A stretch of DNA of 64,000 nt, from the NCBI GenBank assembly GCA_000002435.2, contig CM018792.1. The stretch is one strand, 5' to 3'. The stretch is from Giardia intestinalis. Its lineage: Eukaryota. Shown in pieces: positions 1-10,683 of this stretch (position 1 is its first letter; each line of letters starts with the position of its first letter). The translations under genes and the position numbers were made by a program. The notes beneath the pieces were generated by a model. That model was not told the origin of the DNA. It did no database searches and saw nothing but the letters and a program-made list of their open reading frames with translations.

Positions 1-500
1 GGTGTGTGTGGCAGACAGACAGGGAGCGCGGAAAGAGAAGAGTGAGGTCGTGCAGGAAGGTCCGAGGGGCCGCCGGAGGACACGTGCACGCCCACGGCCG
101 GGTCTTCCTCGTGCAGAGGGACGCCCGTGTGTGCCGCACAGCACCGCTGGGAGGCCGTCGGGGGAGACCGCTGCGGAGAGGGCAGCAGAGCAGCCAGGAG
201 GCCCCAGAGGCGGTGCAGGGTGGCTGTGTCACCCTGCCAGAGGGTGGAGGCAGGGGGCACACGGGGGAGGGGCGCAGAGAGGGCGCGGAGGGGCGCGTGG
301 ACGGAGCCCTGCAGGGGACACGGGGGCAGCCACCGAGGATCCCTCGAGCACTCCGGTCTCTCCTGTGGCCTCCTGCTCCCCCGTGCCCCCGCTGTAGCCA
401 GGCGCGCACCCCGCACCCGGGACAGCCACCTGAAAGAGCTGTGTACACCGGGACAGAGAGGGTGACCAAGGAGAGTCAAGCAGTCCTGTCATGAGGGTGC
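1..500. other. GC-rich (about 68% GC), purine-skewed non-coding segment at the window edge. The small ORFs here look like compositional artefacts.
   Basis: The composition differs sharply from the flanking DNA. There are G/A-rich runs such as gggggagggg and agggagcgcgg, no A-rich initiator, and no recognisable protein motif in any frame. Confidence 0.3.
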
Positions 501-1059
501 ACCGGTAGGCCCTTGTCCAGCACACATCATACGATATTCGGAGGTCATGAAGTGCGTATTCGGTGCGTCTATCAGACGTCAATACGGCTGGATTAGCCGT
601 CCTATTGCCAGGTTGTGCCGCCTCGAGTTAGCAGAGAGCTATGCTCCACCCTCTGCAGGCTGCTCTCTCAGTCGCGGCTCAGCCCTTGTCCCGGAATTCC
701 GATACCATTCAGGCTCTGCCTCGTCCGCCCGCTGCACTGTAGAGTAGGAGCGCAGGCCTCGGTCCACACTTCAGTGTTACCCATTCCCATAGTGCAATCC
801 GTCACATTAGAAGATCAAGGATGTTTTAGCTTAGTCTTTGCAACCATCTATGAAGAGTGCTTCGCAAAGGAAAGAACATGACAAAACTTTATTGGGACTT
901 TGTCCAGCACTCTTCTAAGCCTAGAATCCGCATTGCCAACGACTAGGGAAGTATCGAATGTTCTAGGAAACCGCTTGGAAGCACAGCCCACGATATGTTG
1001 CCCTGCAAGAGCCTTTCCCTTTAACTCGGCGCATTCAGCCATGCACTCCCACCTCTATA

Positions 1060-1919
1060 GAATTCCGAGACGTCTGCTTTTCCTACAAGACGGGCTGCGA
1101 TATTCTACATGGCTTGACCCTGTTTGTTCATCCCGGTCAGAAGGTTGCTATCGTGGGAGGTCTGGGATCGGCAAGTCCACGATCATCAACCTCTTGACGC
1201 GGCTATACACCACACCCCAGCCTCAGGACACTTCGTCGCCCGGAATCTATCTCAATGGCAGGGCTATAGGGTCCATTCCACGCGAGGAGCTGCGGCGGCT
1301 TATAACAGTCGTCCCGCAGGATAACATACTCATCAGGGGCTCTGCCACGGACAACATCGCCTATGGACAGCCCCGCAAGCTCCTGGGCTCCCACGCAGAA
1401 AAGGAGCAGAGGCGCTACATCCGAGAAGTCATTCGGCTATGCTACGAGGCTTCCCGTGTTGCTACTGCTGAAGAGCTCCTGGGAGACGCACCGTACAGTG
1501 GAACCCTGCAGGGCCTTTCTGGGGGACAACGCCAACGGGTAGGAATTGCCAGAGCTGTCGCACGTGGAGGCAGCGTTCTTGTGCTCGACGAGGCGACGTC
1601 GGCACTCGACGAAGAGACAGAGAAGCGGGTCCTCCAACAGCTATTCCGCTCACTGGACCCCAACCAGAGCGTCGTCATTATCAGTCACAGACTCTCCACT
1701 CTCCGGTATGTCGACCTGATTTATGTCCTAGATAATCCAGATGGCAGTGGAGCGCGCGTGGTAGAGTCAGGCTCGTACGACTGGTTCGTTGCCGAAAGCC
1801 AATATCTGAAGGATGCAGGCCAGGATATCTCTGACCTTGTGAGTAACTGTGGCTGTAGCAGCGCAGGTGTTACCCCAGGCTTCTCCCATGCAACTCTTGA
1901 TGCAAAGGGGGATCCGTAG
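1060..1919 (+). pseudogene. C-terminal nucleotide-binding domain of an ABC transporter (ABCB/ABCC-like half). It has an internal +1/-1 frameshift near 1158-1163 and no upstream transmembrane domain. It is probably a pseudogene fragment.
   Basis: One frame gives EFRDVCFSYKTGCDILHGLTLFVHPGQKVAIVGG. The reading then switches frame to give a Walker A motif (GRSGIGKSTIINLL), the ABC signature LSGGQRQRVGIARA, a Walker B motif (VLVLDEATSALD) and an H-loop (ISHRLST). The sequence gtgggaggtctgggatc is one base short of the expected GG-SG-IGKST. The upstream 1 kb has no TMD-coding frame. Confidence 0.6.
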
Positions 1920-2046
1920 AAACAAAGCACGCCTGGTGGCAAAGACAAATAAGACCAACCAAAACCGCCGAATCAGCAGTCAGTGAATACCTTATAAAGT
2001 CACCTCCTAGTAGTGCTAATTTACTAACCACAAAGTCTGCTGCCGC

Positions 2047-5000
2047 TTAAGCTTCCAGAAGCCGTTTGAATTTCAATTGTAAGGTTTGACTAACAAGCTC
2101 AAGAGTGCTTTGAATCTCAGAAACTTCATTACATGACTCTAGCATCTCCCTGTTGGAGAAGACCTTGAACAAAAAGTTGAAGATTAACACGAAGCTAATA
2201 TAATTTGTTTCCTTCAAGAGTGGCAGAACATCACACGTACAATACTTCAAGTATGAAACCATGCGCTCTCGGACGCCCAACCACATAGAGGAGCAGTCGA
2301 TGAGTTTGTTCTGTACCAACTTATTCTTGATTCTAGAAACGGCCACCAGAACATTATGTAAGCATCCAACTGAGAAGATTTGATTTATAAGAGGAGTGAA
2401 TTCAATAGACCCCGGATTAACTATCGTTTCAGTTGCTTCTTTGTGAAGAGCAGCCGCCACTCTTTGATTTAGAGAAGAGTATGTCACGCCAGAGAGAGCA
2501 ATACTTTTAGGCTTCCGTATATCAAGCACCAACTCATCAATTTCACTGAAAACACTATACAGTAGAAACTCTAGGTAACACTCTGTGGCTGTGTTAAGAA
2601 CCAAAAAGGTCGACTGACAAGCTCTGAAAAATGCACCAGATTCATCAAACGAATATAGATTTGCATAGTCTGCAGGCTTGTTTTCTGCTGAAAAACAATT
2701 TCTAGCAAAAGCATAGGACTGGCGTGTCTTGTGCAAAGAGAAATCTACAAGCTGCGACGTGTCTAGCTCTGAGCGAATCTCCATGATAGCGTCTGCAGAA
2801 TAGTATGAGCTAGCGGTTTCAATGGAATATTGTAGCTCGTCAAGAAGCGAAACCCCTAGGAATAACTGGCCTAGAAGAGACGCGCTGGCGGAAAGCTCTA
2901 TATTGATATCAAACTTCGATGCTAGAAGAGGGAGAAGATTTCTTTGGACAATAAAACTATCAGTAATGAGCTGCTGAAGAGAAGCTTCTATACTTTGAGC
3001 CGTATGCTGGGCAAATAGCTTTCTATAAAAAGACTTATCAAGTGCCTCAAAGTTCAACGAGTGAAGCGAATTGTTAGACTGATTAGGCTGCTGTGCATCG
3101 GAAAGTACACCTATCCGAGTCTTGCCCAGCTCAAAACTGGAGGTCTTCGACTGGTATTCGTTCAGTAGATGGAGGCTAAAGATAGCCCCACCCATATATC
3201 CCTGGATTATAGTCAAAAAGGCCCTTATCAGATCTTCCACGGTTGAGCTTTTCATTCTGGACACAAAGAGCGTAGCATGTTCCAAAAGAGATAGAATCGC
3301 GAGTATGCACAGCGAAATGGACTGTTCAGATATATGGTTATTAGAGGCACGTTGATCCCATTGCTTTATTATAGCTCCAGTATAAATGGAATAGACATGC
3401 CTAAGAATTCCATAATCATATGCTAAGTAGGCTGCATCATTGCGTACAGTTGTTGCTAAGGGAATAAATGCATTGCCTTTAATGTCTGAGGCTACATCTG
3501 CTGAGAAAGACTGTCCTTTAGCCATTTTTAGAGTAGGAGAAAGACTCATCATCTGGGGGGTCTGCTCGGGAGAATCTACAGAGCATACTGGAAGCGTACC
3601 CTCACGAAGAATTGTCGACGGATTGACGACTGAACATGTCCCGATAGATCTAGCAACAGATTGCGCAGTGAATAGATAGGACTTCAATACAGATGCCTCT
3701 AGGCTAGAGATAAATTGAAAAGCTCCTTTGCTGATTCTCGAATACCCTGCTCCCAGTGTACCGAGAACATCTAGAAGATGATATCCAGCATTTAGCGCAT
3801 CAAGGCAAATGGAATTGAAGATTATTATGTCTGTTCTGCGTGTAGTAACAAATTGAGCAATCTGCTTCAGAAGCAGATTGACGATGTATGCTACAATGCC
3901 TTGGGTCAGTCCGGGGATTGTTCGGACAAGAAATCCCAATCCATCGATGAAATACCGCATTGTTGCAAAATAAAAGTCGACGGGCTTTTGAAGCTTGCTT
4001 GCTAGTAAGGTTGAGATGGGTGAGCTCATATGAAGCAATTGCAAAATAAGACTAGAGAATGAAGAGTCCCCAATTTGCTCGAATAATGGAAGCTCCTTTG
4101 CAAATGGAATCTGGATCTGCTTCTGATCTAAGATCGGTCCAATATAACACATGTTCTGGGTACGGATGAGCTCTTTTGGCCTTAGTCCGACGTACAGTAA
4201 AAAATCGGACCAACAATATATATTCTGCTGTGTCCCACCTGGCGAGACAAGAGAACTAGAGAGTTGTTTCGGTATCGGGCTTGGCTCGCTAGAGATTAGG
4301 CCTGACTTAATAGCGGAAATGGAAGATCCTGCATTCGATAGGGGAGACATTGGAGGGCGCTGTGGAGAGTCAAGAGTCGATTGAGCAGAGTCTGGTGGTG
4401 AACGGAGGGTAGGCTCTACGTCATCAAGAGTGCACTCAATGCATATGTAATTAAGGGAAAAAACAAACACAATCTGGTTGTAGATAATAAGAAGGATGAG
4501 ACGCAGTATTTCCTCGCTCAAAAGACCGGCCATTCCTGTAAAGGAAATACGTTGCACCAAGCCATACCTTACGTCCCAAGGTAGCGCAGTTGTCAGAGAC
4601 AGAGAAAAGGGAAAGACATCAGAGACAATCGCGTCACTAAAGACATCCTTAAAGTTTCCGGAGAATGTATAACCATAGCTACATAGCTTTCCAAAGGTGC
4701 TTAAAGAAATCTTTGGATCAAACGCTATTTCTTCCGTAACTATAAATTTGTAGAGTAAGGTCTCGAATCGTGGAGCAAAGTCCATTAGCTTCTTATTCAG
4801 GATTTGAGAGTTTTCTGGAACGAGCTTCGTCGCAACTGCGTTTTGACCAAAGATCGAAGATATGTTGGAGTCTTCTAGCTTCTTTATATCTATCCGTGTC
4901 AAGAACATATTTAGATTTTCTCCAAGAATAGCATTCTGTTGTCCCAATTGAGTCAATACCGTTGAGAGAAGTTCTACCTTGCTAGCTGCCTTCATATCGA

Positions 5001-5454
5001 GATAGAAGTACTTATTCTTGAGGGAGATGAGATATTGCAAGTACATCCTCAAGTCCTCTTGGTTAGCAGAAGCGATATAATCAACCAGGGATATGCAGCT
5101 CGCCATTTCGTCTGATAGTTTAAAGAAATCGGCGTGCTGCATAGCCTGATCGTACTTGAGTTGAAGCTGGTCTCTAGCCTTGCAGCGCGCAATCACATCC
5201 GAAAAAACTCCCATTGACTTTTCCGTGAGAGCACTAAACTTCTCGCTATGAAAGTCGATGGACTTCGTAAGAGATATCATTCTGTTAATGCACGTGAGGA
5301 GAGAGGAGAAGTCAACGAATTTCTCCTGAACATCTCGGGCTGCCTCTTCTGCGTTGCCTCGCTTCTTCTGCTTCAGTTGGTTAAGCTGGTCGTTCACACT
5401 ATCTCTGGACCCATCACATCCCAGTGCCTTCAGCTTCTGAACGACTGGATCCAT
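2047..5454 (-). CDS. Large hypothetical protein of 1135 aa. No domain recognised.
   Basis: The ORF is an uninterrupted 3.4 kb. The ATG at 5454 is preceded on the coding strand by the A-rich initiator caaattaaaaacagg...ATG. Codon usage matches the neighbouring genes. Confidence 0.75.
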   Translation of the reverse strand: MDPVVQKLKALGCDGSRDSVNDQLNQLKQKKRGNAEEAARDVQEKFVDFSSLLTCINRMISLTKSIDFHSEKFSALTEKSMGVFSDVIARCKARDQLQLKYDQAMQHADFFKLSDEMASCISLVDYIASANQEDLRMYLQYLISLKNKYFYLDMKAASKVELLSTVLTQLGQQNAILGENLNMFLTRIDIKKLEDSNISSIFGQNAVATKLVPENSQILNKKLMDFAPRFETLLYKFIVTEEIAFDPKISLSTFGKLCSYGYTFSGNFKDVFSDAIVSDVFPFSLSLTTALPWDVRYGLVQRISFTGMAGLLSEEILRLILLIIYNQIVFVFSLNYICIECTLDDVEPTLRSPPDSAQSTLDSPQRPPMSPLSNAGSSISAIKSGLISSEPSPIPKQLSSSLVSPGGTQQNIYCWSDFLLYVGLRPKELIRTQNMCYIGPILDQKQIQIPFAKELPLFEQIGDSSFSSLILQLLHMSSPISTLLASKLQKPVDFYFATMRYFIDGLGFLVRTIPGLTQGIVAYIVNLLLKQIAQFVTTRRTDIIIFNSICLDALNAGYHLLDVLGTLGAGYSRISKGAFQFISSLEASVLKSYLFTAQSVARSIGTCSVVNPSTILREGTLPVCSVDSPEQTPQMMSLSPTLKMAKGQSFSADVASDIKGNAFIPLATTVRNDAAYLAYDYGILRHVYSIYTGAIIKQWDQRASNNHISEQSISLCILAILSLLEHATLFVSRMKSSTVEDLIRAFLTIIQGYMGGAIFSLHLLNEYQSKTSSFELGKTRIGVLSDAQQPNQSNNSLHSLNFEALDKSFYRKLFAQHTAQSIEASLQQLITDSFIVQRNLLPLLASKFDINIELSASASLLGQLFLGVSLLDELQYSIETASSYYSADAIMEIRSELDTSQLVDFSLHKTRQSYAFARNCFSAENKPADYANLYSFDESGAFFRACQSTFLVLNTATECYLEFLLYSVFSEIDELVLDIRKPKSIALSGVTYSSLNQRVAAALHKEATETIVNPGSIEFTPLINQIFSVGCLHNVLVAVSRIKNKLVQNKLIDCSSMWLGVRERMVSYLKYCTCDVLPLLKETNYISFVLIFNFLFKVFSNREMLESCNEVSEIQSTLELVSQTLQLKFKRLLEA

Positions 5455-5553
5455 AGAAAGGGCCTGTTTTTAATTTGTTCAAGACTGCAGGAACAAAGTA
5501 CTTTATTCACTAGGCTAGATATGACATAGACATCAGTTACCAGATGGTAGTGC

Positions 5554-7872
5554 CTAGTTTGCTTCCATTGCCTTAAGCGTCTCATCTGGAAGACCGGTGA
5601 ATATCTGAACTTCGGGTTCCTTGATATTCTTGAGACTTTTCTGATGAAGCATGGTCTTTTTAAACTTCCCTATTTCTTCAGCGTGTCCTGGTACGTTTTT
5701 GAAGGAGGATGCGCTCGAAGCGTGTGAGTGAGCAACAGGGGTAACCTTCCTTTGCTCATGCGTAGCATCTGCCTCTAGGGAAGACTTTCCATCTAGTTTT
5801 GCTGCTCGCCGTGCGTCCCGCTGATATTGGGAGACATCAGAACCAGTGTTTCGTGCCACCCTTATTCGTGCATCATGTGCCGCCTTTTCCCTGGCAATTG
5901 CCTCTGCATTCAGACCTCCATGAAGAGCATCTCCACATTTTCCTGCCCCAGCCGCTAAGCCCAGGGCCTGACCATTGTTACTGTTGCCACTGCTGCCGAT
6001 AGCTGCAGGCTTTGATTGACTCCCAGAGCTGGCGGCCGTTGGTCTCTGCTCGCTTAAGATAGCAGCCACCTTAGCGGCAGCTGAGTTTGATTCTACTTTC
6101 TTGAGAGAGGGATTAGTCTTCCGCTTCTGGCGGGTATCTTCTTGTCTATCACGGTGGTTGTTGCTGGAAGTCGCATATTGTTCCTTATATTCGCGACCGC
6201 GACTTACGTGCGACCGTTGATTAACTGATGGAGCTGGAGCAGGTATACCACTGTTTAAAACATCAGTTAAAGGCGGCTGAAGGATTTGCTTTGCCCCGTC
6301 AGTTGTATCGTATTCGTGGTCCTGGCCAGGCTCAGAAGAGCGAGACTCTATGCGTGAATGGCCTCGAGAGGAGTGGCGAGAAAGACTATCTAGACCTATC
6401 TTGTAAACCCCGTCGTGGAAGTCAATGAACACAAACTGAGTAAGTAATGAGCGTGATATCTTTCGCATAACACGAACGTTAGGGTCCCTCTTATCTTCTC
6501 TTGCATTGGTGCTTACGCTCCTACTCTCAGGATTACTAAATAACTCACTGGGAGAACGAGGCCGTCGCAACCCCTTCCGCTCTTCAAATTCCTTCTGAAG
6601 TCTCATGCCGACGCCAGCTCCAATCAATCCTACCTCTGCCAGTGATGAGGCTGGTCGCGGTGCACTCCTCCCCCTCTCCCGCTCCAACTCAGACATGGCT
6701 GTAATGGATGCTAGAGACGACTTTGTGCTGTCAGAGCGACGAAGAGACTTGGTCGGAAGCCGCGGCTCAGAGACACTTCGTGTCGGTGTGCCGACATTGT
6801 TCATAGCTAAAGTGAGAACAGATTCACGATCCCTGCTGCCTTTCTCATTGATGGTAATGCGATCTCTGGATGCACCACTACGCTGCTTTTCAGCGTCTCC
6901 CCACCTAATAGTGTTGCCACCAGTAGCGCCAGCAAACATATGTGGCGGTGAGCGCACAAAGCTAGCTACATTCAATAACCCCTTAAGGATGTCATCACAG
7001 CTAGGACGCTTATTGGGAAGCTTTGATAAGGTTCGTTCTAAAATCGCTGTCAACACAACAGAGTGCTCGTGCTCATGGTATTGTTTAATTATGTTACGAC
7101 TATCGGTAAAAGACTCGTATTTCTGAATCTTATTCATTATAGCGAAAAAGTTGCCACCAGAAAAAAGCGGATTGAAAGTTAATATTTCGTAAAGAACACA
7201 CCCTAACGACCAGATGTCTATCTTGTTGTCATATCCCTCCTCATTGAAAACCTCTGGCGCCATGGTCTGAATGGTGCCAATTGCTGTATGATCCATGTTG
7301 ACGAGTTTGGGATCGATGTGCTTGCATGTGCCAAAATCCGCTAGTTTGACCATCATAATTTGGCTCAAGGGGTCCCTGGGAGACTTCAGCATCACTAGAA
7401 TATTCTTTGCGGAGATATCCCTATGGATGAGGTTGAACGCATGGAGATATGCAACCCCTGAGACTATTTGTACAAATAAACTAAAGGCCTCCTCTATGCG
7501 AAAATATGCTCCCTTTTCTTTACGGTGCATTATAATTTGATCTAATGAACTATCAGCAAGATCCATCACTATGATCATGGTATCCGACCCATTGCCGAGA
7601 CCCATATCGTTAGGGGCATGCATAAAGGACTCTCTGAACTTGATGATATAATTGTTCTTGAAAGTAGAATGTAGCTCCACCTCTTTGGCCGCGTGCTTCT
7701 TCTCTTTAGCTGTGTATTGCTCATAGAAGATTTCCTTTATACAAACCTTTTCAGTGCTTCCTTCTAGATTTGCGCTCCAGCACCGAGCGTATGTCCCCGA
7801 CCCAATGTCTTCAATTAAACGATATGTCTTTCCAGTGTTGGGAGAGGTGATGGCACATCCCGCCTCAAGCAT
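5554..7872 (-). CDS. Ser/Thr protein kinase, NEK-like, 772 aa. The kinase domain is N-terminal and is followed by a long Ser/Arg-rich low-complexity tail.
   Basis: Kinase motifs are present: a glycine loop IGSGTYARCW, VCIKEI with the catalytic Lys, HRDISAKNILV, DFGTCK and GTIQTMAPEV. The initiator is aaatttaaaATG. An AGTGAAT signal lies downstream of the stop. Giardia is known to have a large NEK expansion. The family assignment is from motifs only. Confidence 0.75.
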   Translation of the reverse strand: MLEAGCAITSPNTGKTYRLIEDIGSGTYARCWSANLEGSTEKVCIKEIFYEQYTAKEKKHAAKEVELHSTFKNNYIIKFRESFMHAPNDMGLGNGSDTMIIVMDLADSSLDQIIMHRKEKGAYFRIEEAFSLFVQIVSGVAYLHAFNLIHRDISAKNILVMLKSPRDPLSQIMMVKLADFGTCKHIDPKLVNMDHTAIGTIQTMAPEVFNEEGYDNKIDIWSLGCVLYEILTFNPLFSGGNFFAIMNKIQKYESFTDSRNIIKQYHEHEHSVVLTAILERTLSKLPNKRPSCDDILKGLLNVASFVRSPPHMFAGATGGNTIRWGDAEKQRSGASRDRITINEKGSRDRESVLTLAMNNVGTPTRSVSEPRLPTKSLRRSDSTKSSLASITAMSELERERGRSAPRPASSLAEVGLIGAGVGMRLQKEFEERKGLRRPRSPSELFSNPESRSVSTNAREDKRDPNVRVMRKISRSLLTQFVFIDFHDGVYKIGLDSLSRHSSRGHSRIESRSSEPGQDHEYDTTDGAKQILQPPLTDVLNSGIPAPAPSVNQRSHVSRGREYKEQYATSSNNHRDRQEDTRQKRKTNPSLKKVESNSAAAKVAAILSEQRPTAASSGSQSKPAAIGSSGNSNNGQALGLAAGAGKCGDALHGGLNAEAIAREKAAHDARIRVARNTGSDVSQYQRDARRAAKLDGKSSLEADATHEQRKVTPVAHSHASSASSFKNVPGHAEEIGKFKKTMLHQKSLKNIKEPEVQIFTGLPDETLKAMEAN

Positions 7873-7983
7873 TTTAAATTTTCCGTCAAAATAAAGTTAC
7901 TACACGGTCCATTGCCAAGGACACAAGGAGCCTTGCAGCCACACAGGATCTAGATCTTGGTAACTAACCTGTAGTACTATAAC

Positions 7984-8613
7984 ATGGCCATAAAGAATCC
8001 TTTGCCATACTACACTGCAGTTTTCACAGTACTGAAATTGGTCAAAGATGAGAAGCACCTTTACAGTCTCAGACTTCATGCCAACTCAGTCGGTTTACTC
8101 TGCTTAGGCCCGGACCATCCTCTTCTGTCTCTCCCCGATGACTGGGTCATCACCAAGGCTAGCTATTCTGATGGTGCGCACCAAGCCTTGGTTACAATGT
8201 CTGGCAGACGGAAGAAGGGGGCGGGGGTTCTCTTTCCACCGGCCCCGCTATTGACAGTTACCCTCGCTCGTGTTCGCAGCCCTGATAGCAGCGATGATGT
8301 CACCCCTAACACCCTGTCGGTGGTAATTTACTTGCCAATACGATTGAAGTTGATCGAGATCAATGATTCTTTGGAACGCTTCCCTTGGCTACTGAAGACT
8401 TGCTACACTAATCGCGGATTCCTGGCCATCGGGCTATTGCGATACGACTATGCCCAGGCATTGGCAGCGACCCTGCCGATTCAAAGCTACAGGTTAATTG
8501 ATTATGAAAATCTACCACCAGAGGAGAAGGAAAGGGCTCCTACAGAGGAGCAGAGTGCTGCTACTGCCAGGGCGGTCATGATTAAGCTAGACCCATGTCC
8601 GCTAGCTACCTAG
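7984..8613 (+). CDS. Hypothetical protein of 209 aa.
   Basis: The ORF starts with ATG and runs divergently from the kinase gene, with a 111-bp spacer. No motif was recognised. Confidence 0.4.
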   Translation: MAIKNPLPYYTAVFTVLKLVKDEKHLYSLRLHANSVGLLCLGPDHPLLSLPDDWVITKASYSDGAHQALVTMSGRRKKGAGVLFPPAPLLTVTLARVRSPDSSDDVTPNTLSVVIYLPIRLKLIEINDSLERFPWLLKTCYTNRGFLAIGLLRYDYAQALAATLPIQSYRLIDYENLPPEEKERAPTEEQSAATARAVMIKLDPCPLAT

Positions 8614-9590
8614 GCTACCAGAGTTACCGTTTTCCCAGGAGACTTTATGTTCATCCCAGTTACAGAGACAGGGTTAAACATTACACGTGGGGGCTCTTGA
8701 GTACTAGATAAATTAAAGTACTGACGGAAGTATACACCACAAGCAAATGTACTCCACGGTCCCCACAGCTCTATCGCGTTATTGTCAGCTGCCGTCGCAT
8801 GTTTTGCCACAACAATAATTTTAGAACCTTCTGAGTCATGGTCGTTGCAAAGATACAGTGTAAATGGCGGCAGAGAAGTGCGAGACTCTACAACCAATAT
8901 CTTCCTTTGTGTATTGTCCTGTGCGGTAATGCGACTCATCCCGTACAATCTGTGGTATGGTCCTGTGCACGGTATAGTAAGGGCTCTTGCTATTCTTTCT
9001 TCGTTCTCAACCTTCTTTTTCCACGATAACGATAGTTCTCTCATTACTTTGCTCTGCAATGGATTGGCACTACATAAAGATGAATGCAGTCCAATACGTG
9101 ATGACTCCCCGGCTTTCAAGTCGGACAATTGTAAGTCAGAATCTTCTTCTGCTTTTTCAGGGCACCCAGTCACGGCCTTCCTTCTCATATGGGCGGAGGA
9201 TAATGAAGAGCTTTGTAAATCAAAGCAGTCAGAGGGCTCCTCACCTTGCATCTCATCCTTTTTAGTGAGGAAACCGCACGACTGGTGACCATGATCACTG
9301 TTCGAGCTTGGAGACGATGTTAGCGCACATAACTGAATGGGATCCTGTGTGCATACAGATCCTGAAAACAGCTCACTTTGACTCCTATCTGTACTTAAAT
9401 CAGAGCATGTGTGTGATTGCGGAGTAGATGTGATACTGTAGACATCTGGGTGGTGGCGCCCCTTTTGAATCGTAGGATTCGAGATAGACGAAATAGACGT
9501 TTCGTTGGGGTCACGAGGAGGCCTGGCGGCTCCAGTACAGCCAGACCTAGTCGATAAATCACTTGTCACACTCTTTATGTCATCAGACAT
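8610..9590 (-). CDS. Hypothetical Ser-rich protein, about 326 aa from the first ATG. The track ORF begins at a GTG at 9650.
   Basis: The first in-frame ATG is MSDDIKSV at 9588-9590. The ORF is long and open. No recognised domain. Confidence 0.5.
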   Translation of the reverse strand: MSDDIKSVTSDLSTRSGCTGAARPPRDPNETSISSISNPTIQKGRHHPDVYSITSTPQSHTCSDLSTDRSQSELFSGSVCTQDPIQLCALTSSPSSNSDHGHQSCGFLTKKDEMQGEEPSDCFDLQSSSLSSAHMRRKAVTGCPEKAEEDSDLQLSDLKAGESSRIGLHSSLCSANPLQSKVMRELSLSWKKKVENEERIARALTIPCTGPYHRLYGMSRITAQDNTQRKILVVESRTSLPPFTLYLCNDHDSEGSKIIVVAKHATAADNNAIELWGPWSTFACGVYFRQYFNLSSTQEPPRVMFNPVSVTGMNIKSPGKTVTLVA

Positions 9591-9649
9591 CACTACAGGG
9601 AAATACCCTGGCAGAAAAGTCAAGTTTAGTATACCTACCCTACAGTACA

Positions 9650-10348
9650 CTACATTCTATTTCGGGCTGCAAACTGCGCCTCCAGCCTAAGAGCACGCTG
9701 GTACTGTTCAGCCAATTCAACCTTTGCTAGTTCAAGCTCCCGGATTTCTCCTTGCACATCTTGAAGCTTAATGCGCAGGTCCTCGAGAGCCCGCCTTGTC
9801 TTCTCGCCATTATTACTTATGATCTCTCTCCTACGTTCATCTAGCGTAGCAATTTCTCTCTTAAGTCTCTCCTCTTCAGAGACCCACTGTGCTTTGAAGA
9901 ATTGTGCTCTCTGCTCCATTTCTGCCGTTCGTGCTTGTGCGCCTGCAAGCTTTTGGAGAATTAGCGATCTTCGCCTCTCTAACGAGGCTTTTATTCCCTC
10001 AGTTGCCTTATCATATTCGTCCTTAGCCTTCTCGTGAGCCTCTTGGACCGCAGCCATTAGCTTTTCCGTCACGGACGCTTCCTGCTGCGCAGTAGAGATG
10101 GCATCTGCAAGTCTTGTCTGCTTTTCTCGCAGGCGCACCTTCGCCGTATGCTGATCTTTGTCAAGTGCTTCTCTTTCCTTAAGAAGGTCTCCCTCTAACT
10201 TGGCTCGCAAGTCTAGCTCAGCATCTGTCATCTCCCCTTCCCACTGGGCTTGCCGTTCTCGTCTCCACATCTCAAAGCTCCATGTTATGATGTTTTGTAT
10301 AGCTGTGCGCCGCAGGTTAAACTCTTCGATTTCATTGAGATCTGCCAT
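9650..10348 (-). CDS. Coiled-coil protein of 232 aa.
   Basis: Heptad-like charged repeats rich in E/K/R/L/A/Q run throughout. The start codon is an ATG. Confidence 0.6.
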   Translation of the reverse strand: MADLNEIEEFNLRRTAIQNIITWSFEMWRRERQAQWEGEMTDAELDLRAKLEGDLLKEREALDKDQHTAKVRLREKQTRLADAISTAQQEASVTEKLMAAVQEAHEKAKDEYDKATEGIKASLERRRSLILQKLAGAQARTAEMEQRAQFFKAQWVSEEERLKREIATLDERRREIISNNGEKTRRALEDLRIKLQDVQGEIRELELAKVELAEQYQRALRLEAQFAARNRM

Positions 10349-10636
10349 TATAAACGGTTTACGAAACCCTAAATTTTAGATCCACGACCTTCTATTTCAA
10401 TTACTTATCGTAGATCAGGGTCCATTCGCTGGGGAATGCTGTCCGTGACGTGGATAATGTTGGTATTGAAGACCTAGACCAGTGAGCAGCCACGGCTCAC
10501 TATCGCCTGTGGTCATCACCTTGCAGTAAATAGAAAACATACTTCTTGTTTCGAAGTGGTAGACAACCATGTCCTTAGTGCAGAGCCTTAGTTAATCGGG
10601 GTAGTTAAAAGTACATACTTTTACTGTTTACTGTTA

Positions 10637-10683
10637 AAGTAATATTACTTATTTTAACAAGTGTTGTGATCAGTAATATTACT
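10637..10683. repeat. Two copies of the perfect palindrome AGTAATATTACT, about 35 bp apart, in the divergent promoter between the coiled-coil gene and the PUF gene.
   Basis: AAGTAATATTACTT lies at 10637-10650 and AGTAATATTACT at 10672-10683. Both were read directly. The direct repeat tttactgtttactgtt sits next to them. Confidence 0.55.

Noticed and set aside
1-500. GC-rich start of the window as rDNA (Giardia rRNA genes are very GC-rich), or small ORFs 2..397, 6..494 and 127..465 as genes.
   Set aside because: No stretch matches the conserved SSU/LSU cores I can recall (for example the GTGCCAGCAGCCGCGGTAAT region). The ORFs are Arg/Gly/Ala-rich products typical of random GC-rich DNA and overlap one another in three frames.
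8782-9288. 168-aa plus-strand ORF antisense to the 8610..9590 gene.
   Set aside because: It is shorter and nested entirely within the longer reverse-strand ORF, with no start context. Treated as antisense noise.
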